A stretch of DNA of 64,000 nucleotides, taken from NCBI GenBank assembly GCA_026394375.1, contig JAPKYJ010000024.1, positions 101,577 through 165,576 on the forward strand. The letters are read 5' to 3'. Source of the stretch: Methanomassiliicoccales archaeon (GTDB lineage: Archaea; Thermoplasmatota; Thermoplasmata; Methanomassiliicoccales; UBA472). This document shows positions 19,289-28,248 of this stretch, in pieces. The translations under genes and the position numbers were made by a program. The notes under the pieces are model-generated. The model ran no database searches. It saw only the letters and a program-made list of their open reading frames with translations, and was not told where the DNA came from. How positions within the stretch are numbered: position 1 is the first letter of the stretch; every line of letters starts with the position of its first letter.

Positions 19289-20203
19289 TCATTCCCCTTT
19301 CGGAGGGTCGACCTGGACCACCATCAGGTCCTCCGCAACGTAGGAATCAGGGAATACCTTTCTAGCCTCCTCCTCCAGTTCCTTGGCCTCATCGTAGCGG
19401 CTGCTCAGATGGTAGAGGTAGAGGCGCTTGGCTTCCGATCTCCTAGCCACCTCCGCTGCCTCTGCAGCGGTGGAATGCCCATACTCTCGCGCATCGGAGA
19501 TGAGACCGGAAGCGACGGTGGCCTCGTGCACCAGCACGTCGGCTCCCTTGGCCGCCTCGATCAGAGCTTCGCAAGGCCGAGTGTCCCCGGATATGGCGAT
19601 CTTCCTTCCTGGTCTTCTTGGCCCCATGACCATCTCGGGCGCGACCGTGCGATCGTTCACAGAGACGGAGTGGCCTTCCTGCAGACGTCTGAACGAAGGT
19701 CCTGTTGGGATTCCTAGAGCTTTTGCCTTGTCGAGGTCGAACTTCCCCGGGCGCGCCTGCTCTTCCAGAACATATGCCAACGAGGGCACGGAATGCATCG
19801 ATCGCACCGCCTTGACCTTGAAATGCTGGAAATCGACCTCGTCCCCATCCTCGAGATCCTGTGCCGTCACCGGGAACCCCGATTGGAAATAGCCAAGGTG
19901 CAACATGGCTGCCGTTGTCTCGGCAGTGCCTGCCGGTCCGAAGACGAAGAGCTCCTTCTCCCTTCCGCTGAAGCTCATGGACTGGACCAGAGCGGGAATG
20001 CCCAGGAAATGATCTCCATGCAGATGGGTGATGAAGACGGTGTGCACCTTCATGAAGGAGGCCGAGGAACGCATGAACTGCCTTTGTGTCCCTTCGCCAC
20101 AGTCGAATAGGATGATCTCCGAGCCCACCTGCACCGCCACCGCGCTCACATTCCGCTTTGGAGTAGGGAGACTTCCGCCGGTGCCGAGGAACACTATGCG
20201 CAC
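19289..20203 (-). CDS. rnz: ribonuclease Z (tRNA 3' endonuclease)
   Basis: 304 aa. Metallo-beta-lactamase motif ITHLHGDHFLG and N-terminus MRIVFLGTGGSLPT. Confidence 0.85.
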   Translation of the reverse strand: MRIVFLGTGGSLPTPKRNVSAVAVQVGSEIILFDCGEGTQRQFMRSSASFMKVHTVFITHLHGDHFLGIPALVQSMSFSGREKELFVFGPAGTAETTAAMLHLGYFQSGFPVTAQDLEDGDEVDFQHFKVKAVRSMHSVPSLAYVLEEQARPGKFDLDKAKALGIPTGPSFRRLQEGHSVSVNDRTVAPEMVMGPRRPGRKIAISGDTRPCEALIEAAKGADVLVHEATVASGLISDAREYGHSTAAEAAEVARRSEAKRLYLYHLSSRYDEAKELEEEARKVFPDSYVAEDLMVVQVDPPKGE

Positions 20204-20210
20204 GTCGGTC

Positions 20211-21317
20211 CTATTGGCCGGAGGGAATTAAGCTTTTGTCCACGTTCCTCGACATCCAGCGGTCCGTGACTATGAAAATGATCAGGCCGAGGATGCCCAT
20301 GCCCGTGGCGATGTACATGCAGCCATGGTATCCGTAGACCTGGGCCGCGATGCCTCCTAGCAGGGCGCCGATGATGGCGGACACGCTGAGAGAGGACTGC
20401 AGCAGTCCTGCCGAGGTACCCTTCTCATCGTTTCGTTCCATCACGTACTTGATCGAGCCTATGTACAAGGTGGACCACGCCAGGGCGATCATGATCTGCG
20501 CCGGGATTATCTCCCAATAGACCCTCGCCAGGGTATACGACGGGAAGGTGAGGATGGACATGATGAAACCTACGTTCACCAGCAATACGGAGCGATATCT
20601 ATCGCAGAACCGCATGAAGACGAACTGCCCCAGGGCGTTGATGGCATAGATGGCCCCGATGAAGACCGGGTCGGCCCCCAGGTCCGCCAGGAAGAGAGGA
20701 TAGATGACCCAGATCATGTTCGCCCCAATGTGACGGAACATCACTGATGTGTACACCGGAAAATTGCGCTTCATTATCTTGATGGGGAAGATAGGGACCT
20801 TGTGGTGCGTCTCCTTGCCGAATGGCAGGTAGAGAGAGACGAGGAAGGCTCCCGCCATCATGATGGCCGCGAACAGGAAGATGCCGTCATAGATGCTTAT
20901 CAGACCGGCCACGAAGACCCCGAACCCAAAGCCCAACGAACCGAAGCTGGTGAACTTGCCCACTTTTTTGTCCGTTTCATAGACGTGAGCGAGGAGGGCG
21001 GAGGGGAATATGCCAGCGCACAGCCCCACGAGGACCCGCACCATGAGCAGGACGAAGGCGCTGTCAGCGAAGATCTGCAGGGAGGCGGCGATGATCGACA
21101 GGAACAACCCTGCCTTGAGCACCGAGCGTCGGCCGTAGACGTCCGAGATCCGACCAAACACGTAGGACGAGGCGAAGATGGCCGCGCTGTAGGATGCGAC
21201 GATCACCCCTATCTCGGCGGTGCTGGACTGGAACTGGTCCCTCGCCAGATTGGGGATCAGCAGCGAGGACGCGGACAGCCCCGCACTGGAGAACATCTGA
21301 ATGGTCGATGCCTTCAT
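20211..21317 (-). CDS. MFS transporter
   Basis: 368 aa with about 10-12 TM segments and the MFS loop motif GRISDVYGRR. Confidence 0.8.
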   Translation of the reverse strand: MKASTIQMFSSAGLSASSLLIPNLARDQFQSSTAEIGVIVASYSAAIFASSYVFGRISDVYGRRSVLKAGLFLSIIAASLQIFADSAFVLLMVRVLVGLCAGIFPSALLAHVYETDKKVGKFTSFGSLGFGFGVFVAGLISIYDGIFLFAAIMMAGAFLVSLYLPFGKETHHKVPIFPIKIMKRNFPVYTSVMFRHIGANMIWVIYPLFLADLGADPVFIGAIYAINALGQFVFMRFCDRYRSVLLVNVGFIMSILTFPSYTLARVYWEIIPAQIMIALAWSTLYIGSIKYVMERNDEKGTSAGLLQSSLSVSAIIGALLGGIAAQVYGYHGCMYIATGMGILGLIIFIVTDRWMSRNVDKSLIPSGQ

Positions 21318-21372
21318 CCGCGGCTCGAACCAGATTGGGGCTATTTATAAATGAAGCCTGACAGCCGCGGAA

Positions 21373-21588
21373 TCAGTGACCTAACGAATCCAGTATGCGG
21401 TCCTGCTTGGTGGCCTTCTTGAATTGGCGATAGTGGTCCTTGCACAGGTGCGCCCTCTTGGTCCCCTCTTCCACATCCAGCCCGGCCTCGCGCGCGCTCT
21501 CGCCAGAAACGGACCTCTCGGCCTCCTTGCCGCAGTCCTTCACCATGCACCTTTCAACATCGCGGACTGCGCTCTTCCTGTCTTCCAT
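21373..21588 (-). CDS. small Cys/His-containing hypothetical protein
   Basis: 71 aa from the internal Met (MEDRKSAVRDVERCMVKDCGKEA...HLCKDHYRQFKK). The longer 174-aa ORF would overlap rpe and is rejected. Confidence 0.4.
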   Translation of the reverse strand: MEDRKSAVRDVERCMVKDCGKEAERSVSGESAREAGLDVEEGTKRAHLCKDHYRQFKKATKQDRILDSLGH

Positions 21589-21736
21589 GAGTTCGCAATA
21601 ATACAGCAACAATAAAAAAGTTGTTCGCCCGGAACAAGGCGTCAAGCGCTGAAATGAGCGATACTTCAGTCGTCGCCTCTTTCCTTCGAAAAGCCAATGA
21701 CAAATATAATTAGTCCTGGACGAGATAGCAGGCCAG

Positions 21737-22384
21737 ATGATCAAGGTCGCCCCCTCTATCTTGTCCGCCAACTTCGGTGCGCTCGGCGAAGAGGTGAAGC
21801 GCCTGGAAGATGCGGAAGCGGACTGGGTGCACGTGGACGTGATGGATGGTGACTTCGTCCCGAACATCACCATCGGTCCGTGCGTGATCAAATCCATCCG
21901 GGCCTTCTCCAGGCTGCCTTTCGACGTCCACCTGATGATCAGCCGACCGGAGCGCTACGTGGACGTCTTCGCCGGGGCCGGTGCGGACATCATGACGGTG
22001 CATTTGGAGGCGACCAGCGACGTGGAAGGTACTCTAAGGCACATCCGTTCGCTGGGAAAGAGGGCGGGGCTCTCGATCAACCCAGGTACTCCCTTCTCCG
22101 CCGCGAGACCGTTCCTGCACCAGCTTGACCTATTGCTCATCATGACCGTCAACCCAGGATTCGGAGGGCAGCCTTTCATCGTCGAATGTCTGCCGAAGAT
22201 CACGGAGGCACGGGACTTCGTCCGCAAGAACGAGCTTGGCGTGGAGATCGAGGTGGACGGCGGCATCAACGCCAAGACGGGGAAAATGTGCGCTCAGGCC
22301 GGGGCGAGCGTTTTGGCGGCCGGCAACGCCCTCTTCGGATGCTCTGACATGAAGCGGGAGATCGCCCTCTGGAAGAGCTTCTGA
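21737..22384 (+). CDS. rpe: ribulose-phosphate 3-epimerase
   Basis: 215 aa. MIKVAPSILSANF, HVDVMDGDFVPN, MTVNPGFGGQ and VDGGIN motifs. Confidence 0.9.
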   Translation: MIKVAPSILSANFGALGEEVKRLEDAEADWVHVDVMDGDFVPNITIGPCVIKSIRAFSRLPFDVHLMISRPERYVDVFAGAGADIMTVHLEATSDVEGTLRHIRSLGKRAGLSINPGTPFSAARPFLHQLDLLLIMTVNPGFGGQPFIVECLPKITEARDFVRKNELGVEIEVDGGINAKTGKMCAQAGASVLAAGNALFGCSDMKREIALWKSF

Positions 22385-22466
22385 ACCTCATTTCCGAAAG
22401 AAGAACTGTGGAACCGATTGGCAAACCTTCATAAACGGTTCCTCTCATTCAGCCTCAAGTGGACAA

Positions 22467-22637
22467 ATGGTTGAGCTCTCCAGAGACAAGCTTGTGATAC
22501 TGTTCGCCGTGGTGTTCCCGCTCGCCCTGATGCTAACCGCGATCTACCTCGGCTCGGGGGTATGCGTGATCATCCCCCTGATGGTCTGGATAGGGATCGC
22601 TTTGATGATACTCTATTTGCCCACCGAGCAAGATTGA
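22467..22637 (+). CDS. small two-helix membrane protein (below the ORF-track size cutoff)
   Basis: Hand translation: MVELSRDKLVILFAVVFPLALMLTAIYLGSGVCVIIPLMVWIGIALMILYLPTEQD (56 aa). ATG at 22467, TGA at 22635-22637. Confidence 0.35.
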   Translation: MVELSRDKLVILFAVVFPLALMLTAIYLGSGVCVIIPLMVWIGIALMILYLPTEQD

Positions 22638-22850
22638 TCAAGGCACTACCTGGGCGAAGGCCGATTTATTGCCCACCCGGGTGATCTTGATCTTGACCGT
22701 TTGACCGACCTTGGTCTCCGGTACGAAGACCACCAGCCCTTCCATCCGAGCGATGCCGTCGCCCTGGGAGCCGACATCTGTGATCGTGACGGTGTACTCC
22801 TTGCCCTCTTCTACTGGTTTCTTCCCCTTGAACCCATGCTCGAACGCCAT
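22638..22850 (-). CDS. stand-alone TRAM-domain protein
   Basis: About 70 aa from the internal Met (MAFEHGFKGKKPVEEGKEYTVTITDVGSQGDGIARMEGLVVFVPETKVGQTVKIKITRVGNKSAFAQVV), a typical TRAM OB-like domain. Confidence 0.75.
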   Translation of the reverse strand: MAFEHGFKGKKPVEEGKEYTVTITDVGSQGDGIARMEGLVVFVPETKVGQTVKIKITRVGNKSAFAQVVP

Positions 22851-22933
22851 GGGGCCAAGATTCAACCTAGCAGTATAAAGAAGTGGCGCAGGCAAGGTTT
22901 TTTCCCAGGCTGGTGCCTTCATATACTGGGAAT

Positions 22934-23968
22934 ATGGGCGTCAATCTCTCCGACATCGTTCCAGCTCAGAGAATAGAGCTGGAATCACTTGCTGGCCGCA
23001 CGGTGGCCATCGATGCCTACAATGCCATCTATCAGTTCCTGTCGGTCATCAGGCAGCCGGATGGCACTCCCCTGCGCGATCAGAGAGGTAGGGTCACGTC
23101 GCATCTGGCGGGACTGCTGTATCGAAATGCCAACCTGTTGGAGATGGGCGTTATGCCTGCTTACGTCTTCGATGGCCTTCCTTCCAAGCTGAAGCAGCGC
23201 ACCATCGTCGAGCGAAGCGAGCGTCGCACCAAAGCGAAGAAGGAGTGGGAGGCGGCGGTGGAGAGAGGAGACTACCAGGCAGCGTATTCCAAAGCCACGC
23301 AATCGTCCCGCATAACCAATGAGATCGTGGAATCGTCGAGGCTCCTGCTCACCCATTTGGGCATTCCAGTGATCCAGGCGCCAGAGGAAGGAGAGGCCCA
23401 AGCGGCCTTCATGGCGCTGAAGGGGGACGTGTGGACGGCCTCTTCGCAGGATTTCGACTCCTTGCTGTTCGGAGCACCACGCCTGGTGCGCAATCTCACC
23501 CTGACGCAGAAGCGCAAGCTTCCGGGCAAGGAGATAGCCAAGGAAGTGAGCGTGGAGATGATCGAGCTGGAGTCCACCCTTCGGACCTTGAACTTGAGTC
23601 GAGAGCAGCTCGTGGACCTCTGCATCCTCGTGGGCACCGACTACAACGAGGGGGTGCTTGGCATCGGGCCGAAGAAGGGGTTGAAGCTGATCCAAGAACA
23701 CAAGGACCTGGAGAGTGTGATGCGCTTCCTGCAGGTGGAGATCGAGGATCACCAGCATATCCGCGACCTCTTCCTCCGCTATGAGAGCACGTCCGAGTAC
23801 AAGCTGGAATGGAAAGCGCCTGACGAGGCGAAGGTCATCGATCTCCTGTCAGGGCAGTTCGATTTCTCCCAGGCCCGGGTGGAAGGGGCGTTGAAGCGCA
23901 TGATCACTCTTCCCGGAGGGAGGAAGCGCGTCGCGACCGCGGGGCAGAGGAGCTTGGACCTGTTCTGA
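22934..23968 (+). CDS. fen: flap endonuclease 1
   Basis: Starts MGVNLSDIVP...AIDAYNAIYQFLS. XPG-N/XPG-I motifs (GEAQAAFMALKGDVWTASSQDFDSLLFG). The ORF-track start at 22883 (GTG) is probably too long. Confidence 0.9.
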   Translation: MGVNLSDIVPAQRIELESLAGRTVAIDAYNAIYQFLSVIRQPDGTPLRDQRGRVTSHLAGLLYRNANLLEMGVMPAYVFDGLPSKLKQRTIVERSERRTKAKKEWEAAVERGDYQAAYSKATQSSRITNEIVESSRLLLTHLGIPVIQAPEEGEAQAAFMALKGDVWTASSQDFDSLLFGAPRLVRNLTLTQKRKLPGKEIAKEVSVEMIELESTLRTLNLSREQLVDLCILVGTDYNEGVLGIGPKKGLKLIQEHKDLESVMRFLQVEIEDHQHIRDLFLRYESTSEYKLEWKAPDEAKVIDLLSGQFDFSQARVEGALKRMITLPGGRKRVATAGQRSLDLF

Positions 23969-24043
23969 CCGTGGTCACGAACCGAATAGCCAGGACCGCC
24001 TGTTTTTAAAAGGGGCAACGTATATAGGGGCGTCGGGACGGCG

Positions 24044-27000
24044 ATGATAAAGCAGGTCCAAGCGAACTACGATCCCGCGGAACTCGAGAAAAGGGTTCGG
24101 GAATACTGGAAACAGAGCAATGCCTACAGGAAGACCAAGGAGTTGCGGTCTTCCGGGACGGACTTCTATTTCGTGGACGGCCCTCCTTACACTACTGGCT
24201 CGATCCATTTAGGCACGTCCTTTAACAAGACGCTCAAGGACACTTTCATCCGCTACAAGCGCATGCAGCGCTTCAACGTGCGCGACCAGCCCGGGTATGA
24301 TATGCACGGGCTTCCGATCGAGGTCAAGGTCGAACAGTCCATCGGGGTAAAGAACAAGAAGGAGATCGAGGAGTACGGCATCGATCGCTTCGTCAGCACG
24401 TGCAAGAACTTCGCCGTGGACTTCCAGAAGAAGATGACCGAACAGTTCAAGGAGCTCGGGATCTGGATGGACTGGGATAATCCCTATCTCACTATCACAT
24501 CCAACTACATCGAGGCGGCTTGGTGGACTCTTAAAAGGGCATATGACAAGGGGTTGCTCATCCCCGCCAACCGCGTACTCTCATGGTGCCCTCGCTGCGA
24601 GACCGCTCTGGCGGAGGCGGAGATCGAGTACCGGGACGAGAAGGACCCTTCCATCTACGTGCGCTTCCCGCTCAAGGACGATGAGGGCGTTTCATTGCTC
24701 ATCTGGACCACTACTCCCTGGACGCTGCCAGCGAATATGGCGGTAGCGGTGCATCCGGACCTCACCTATGCCAAGGTCAAGTACTTCAAGAAGGAAGGCG
24801 GCGAGACGGTCATCTTGCTGGAGAGCCTGGTGGAGCAGGTAGGGCAGCTGGCAGGCTACGAGGGCTACGAGGTTCTGGAAGGCATCGAGGGCGATGACCT
24901 CATCGGCCTGGAGTATGTGCCCCCGTTCCTGAACGATGTGCAATTCCAGCGCGAGACCACGGGGAAGTGGGTGCACCGGATCATCCCCTCCACCACGGTG
25001 GCCGCGGAGAACACCGGCCTGGTGCACATCGCCCCCGGACACGGCCCTGAGGACTTCGAACTGGGCAAGGAGTTCAACCTGGAGCCCTTCTGTCCGGTCG
25101 ATGAGTCAGGGAAATTCAGCAAGGACATGCCTCCGAAATACGCGGGAATGAACGTCAAGGAGGCCAACAAGCACATCATGGAGGAGCTCAACGAACGTGG
25201 CCTGATGTACTCCGTCGGAACGATCGTCCACCGCTATGGACACTGCTGGCGCTGCGATTCAGGAGTGATATTCCGCAACACCGCGCAGTGGTTCCTCAAG
25301 ATCACCCAGATAAAGAACCTCATGCTGGAGGAGATCGACAAGGTGCGCTGGACGCCGGATTGGGCCGGGTCGTCGAGGGAATACGACTGGACGGTGAACG
25401 CGCGCGACTGGTGCATCTCCAGGCAGAGATACTGGGGCATCCCCTTGCCGATCTGGACATGTTCCTGCGGAGAGATGAAGGTCATCGGTTCCACCATAGA
25501 CCTGGAGAAGGGCGATGGCTACCGAAAGGACATGGAACTGCACCGCCCATGGATCGATGCCGTCACCTTCAAATGCACCCACTGCGGCAAGACCATGAAG
25601 CGTGTGCCAGATGTCTTGGACGTTTGGTTCGATTCCGGGGTGGCCTCTTGGGCTCAGCTGGGCTTCCCCAAGAGCCGAACCGAGTTCGACAAGTGGTGGC
25701 CATGCAAGTGGATCACCGAGGCGCATGATCAGACCCGGGGCTGGTTCTACTCTCAGCTGGCAGCGGGTTGCATCGCCTTCGACCGGGCTCCCTATGAAGG
25801 CGTGCTGATGCATGGCTGGGTGCTCGATCCGAACGGTCAACCGATGTCCAAGTCCCGGGGCAACGTCATCGAACCGGAGAAGGTCATCAAGGACTATGGT
25901 GCGGACGCCCTGCGCTTCTACCTCATGCGCACCAACGCTCCCTGGGAAGACACCTGCTTCCAATGGGATGGGGTGAAGAACGCGCGCAAGACCCTCAATA
26001 TCCTTTGGAACGTGGTGAACTTCGCAACCACCTACATGTCCATCGATTCGTACGATCCCAGCAAGATGTCCGTGGACGCTCTGCGAGGGAACCTCCGACC
26101 CGAGGACCGGTGGATGATCTCGCGCACGGAGGGAATGAAGAACGAGGTCACCAAGTACCTCAATTCCTACGAACTGCACAAGGCCTGCCGGGCCCTGGAG
26201 GACTTCGTGCTGGAAGATCTGTCACGCTGGTACGTTAGATTGATCCGCGACCGTATGTGGAAGGAAACCGGCGACCTGGACAAGCTCGCCGCCTACCGCG
26301 TGCTGTTCGATGCCATCTCCGCTCTCAATCGGGCCCTGGCGCCCTTCTGCCCTCACATCACCGAGGAGATCTTCCAGCACATGGAAGGGAACAAGGAAAC
26401 GGTGCACATGTTGGACTGGCCGGTCTCGGACCAGACCAACCGCGATGAGCGCCTGGAGCAGAACGTGGCCACGGTGCAGGAGCTGGTGGAGATCGTCACC
26501 AAGGAGCGCCAGTCGCGCAACATCAAGCTCCGTTGGCCGATGAAGCGCATCGTGGTCCGGGCGGCGAACAACGACGCCTTGGAAGCGATGAAGTCGCTCG
26601 AGTCCGTCCTCCTCTCCCAAGCCAATGTGAAGAAGGTGGAGTACATTCCACCGGGTCAGGAATGGAACGAGATCATCCTCTCCGCGGTCCCGAACCCCAA
26701 TGCCATTGGGAAGGTCTACCGGCAATGGTCCAGCAAGATCGCCGTTCTTCTCAAGTCCCGGCCGGCAAAACAGATCCGGGAGTGCATCGACAAAGGCTCG
26801 TACTCCCTGGGCATCGAAGGACAAATGATCAAGATCGAGCCCAACATGGTCACTTTCACAAGCTCGTTACCGGAGAAGGTCGTGGGGGTCAAGTTCTCCA
26901 GCGGCGACCTCTACATGGACTTCGAGATAACCCCAGAGATAGAGGCCGAAGGATTCACTCGAGAGCTCACCCGGCGCATCCAGCAGATGCGCAAGGACAT

Positions 27001-28237
27001 GAAGCTGGACGTGGAGGAGTTCGTGCGAGCAGAGGTCAACGCACCGGTCCGCCTGGTGGAGTACTTCCGGGTGTGGAAAGAGCACATCATGAACGAAACG
27101 CGCTGCCGGCAGCTGGAGTTCACCGAGTCCCCACATGGAGATCACACCGCGGAATGGGATGTGGAAGGTGAGCATCTGCAAGTCTCGCTGGTCTCGCTCC
27201 ATTTCAAGGAAGCCATGGGCCAGCTTATGACCATCTCGGGTCTATCGCAGAGCTCGGCCATCACCCTCATCGAAGCGGGGCACCGGATCCTCAACGACGT
27301 CAAGCCCTTGACCGAAGACCAGCTGGTGGCCAGCGGGCTTCCCAGGACCGAGGCCAAGAAAGTGGTTCACTTCCTTAGCCGAGCAGGGGTCGAGGAGATC
27401 AGCCCCGCACCCGCTCAGGCCGCGGCCACGGTCATAATTGCCATGCCTAAGGAGAAGCTGATGCCTTACCTCCTGCGGGTCCCGCGCATGAATGAGGTCA
27501 AGGCTGAGATGCTCTATGAGGCGGGATTCAACGCCCTGGACAAGATCAAGGCCGCGAGCAAGGAATCGCTCCGCACCGTCAAAGGCATGGGCGGCAAGAC
27601 CGTGGACGAACTGGTCCAGTATGCCGCTCGCGGCGGTTTCGAGGCCGTGGTGAAATGCAATTCCTGCGGAGCCGACGTCGGGCCCAATGCGGTCACCTGC
27701 TCGAACTGCGGAACCAAGGTGCCTTCCGAGCATCTGGTGGAGGGGGAGGAAGAGGTCGAGGCTGCCCCGCCGGTTGGCCCGGAGATCGAGCTGGAACGCT
27801 CATTCACCTACCTCATAAAGGAGGAGAAGTCGGAGCGCTCCTACCACATGTTCGAGAAGGCCATGACCATGGGGATGAGGGGGTTCTGCGTCACCCGCAA
27901 CTACCCGCTCAAGATAAAGGCCAAGTACAACTTGGGCGAGACACCCATACTATGGCTCTCCAACGTGGGCAAGGAGAGCAGCATCCGGCCCAAGGACCTG
28001 GAGAAGCTGAGCGTCTCACTGGAGCAGTTCCTGGGGACGGAGGGCGGAGTCATCCTCCTGGACGGCCTGGAGTATCTGATCACCAATAACAACTTCCTCA
28101 CCGTGCTCCGGCTGGTGCAGTCGCTCAGGGATCAGGTGGCGATCAACCATTCCATACTCATGCTGGCCCTGAACCCTTCGACGCTGGACGCGCACGAGCT
28201 CAATCTGTTGGAGAAGGAAGTGGACGCCACCATTTGA
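24044..28237 (+). CDS. ileS: isoleucyl-tRNA synthetase with a ~330-aa C-terminal extension (HhH motifs, zinc ribbon, DUF835-like domain)
   Basis: 1397 aa. Class I signatures PPYTTGSIHLGT and KMSKSRGN, plus an editing domain. A canonical archaeal-length core (~1060 aa) is followed without a stop by HhH-like repeats, CNSCGADVGPNAVTCSNCG, and a DUF835-like tail (GFCVTRNYP...ILWLSN...ILLDGLEYLITNNNF...LALNP). Confidence 0.95.
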   Translation: MIKQVQANYDPAELEKRVREYWKQSNAYRKTKELRSSGTDFYFVDGPPYTTGSIHLGTSFNKTLKDTFIRYKRMQRFNVRDQPGYDMHGLPIEVKVEQSIGVKNKKEIEEYGIDRFVSTCKNFAVDFQKKMTEQFKELGIWMDWDNPYLTITSNYIEAAWWTLKRAYDKGLLIPANRVLSWCPRCETALAEAEIEYRDEKDPSIYVRFPLKDDEGVSLLIWTTTPWTLPANMAVAVHPDLTYAKVKYFKKEGGETVILLESLVEQVGQLAGYEGYEVLEGIEGDDLIGLEYVPPFLNDVQFQRETTGKWVHRIIPSTTVAAENTGLVHIAPGHGPEDFELGKEFNLEPFCPVDESGKFSKDMPPKYAGMNVKEANKHIMEELNERGLMYSVGTIVHRYGHCWRCDSGVIFRNTAQWFLKITQIKNLMLEEIDKVRWTPDWAGSSREYDWTVNARDWCISRQRYWGIPLPIWTCSCGEMKVIGSTIDLEKGDGYRKDMELHRPWIDAVTFKCTHCGKTMKRVPDVLDVWFDSGVASWAQLGFPKSRTEFDKWWPCKWITEAHDQTRGWFYSQLAAGCIAFDRAPYEGVLMHGWVLDPNGQPMSKSRGNVIEPEKVIKDYGADALRFYLMRTNAPWEDTCFQWDGVKNARKTLNILWNVVNFATTYMSIDSYDPSKMSVDALRGNLRPEDRWMISRTEGMKNEVTKYLNSYELHKACRALEDFVLEDLSRWYVRLIRDRMWKETGDLDKLAAYRVLFDAISALNRALAPFCPHITEEIFQHMEGNKETVHMLDWPVSDQTNRDERLEQNVATVQELVEIVTKERQSRNIKLRWPMKRIVVRAANNDALEAMKSLESVLLSQANVKKVEYIPPGQEWNEIILSAVPNPNAIGKVYRQWSSKIAVLLKSRPAKQIRECIDKGSYSLGIEGQMIKIEPNMVTFTSSLPEKVVGVKFSSGDLYMDFEITPEIEAEGFTRELTRRIQQMRKDMKLDVEEFVRAEVNAPVRLVEYFRVWKEHIMNETRCRQLEFTESPHGDHTAEWDVEGEHLQVSLVSLHFKEAMGQLMTISGLSQSSAITLIEAGHRILNDVKPLTEDQLVASGLPRTEAKKVVHFLSRAGVEEISPAPAQAAATVIIAMPKEKLMPYLLRVPRMNEVKAEMLYEAGFNALDKIKAASKESLRTVKGMGGKTVDELVQYAARGGFEAVVKCNSCGADVGPNAVTCSNCGTKVPSEHLVEGEEEVEAAPPVGPEIELERSFTYLIKEEKSERSYHMFEKAMTMGMRGFCVTRNYPLKIKAKYNLGETPILWLSNVGKESSIRPKDLEKLSVSLEQFLGTEGGVILLDGLEYLITNNNFLTVLRLVQSLRDQVAINHSILMLALNPSTLDAHELNLLEKEVDATI

Positions 28238-28248
28238 GCATTCTTGGC

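Noticed and set aside
21373-21897. 174-aa ORF as a real gene
   Set aside because: Its N-terminal 100 aa overlap the rpe gene on the opposite strand and are not protein-like. Only the C-terminal 71 aa from an internal Met are kept.
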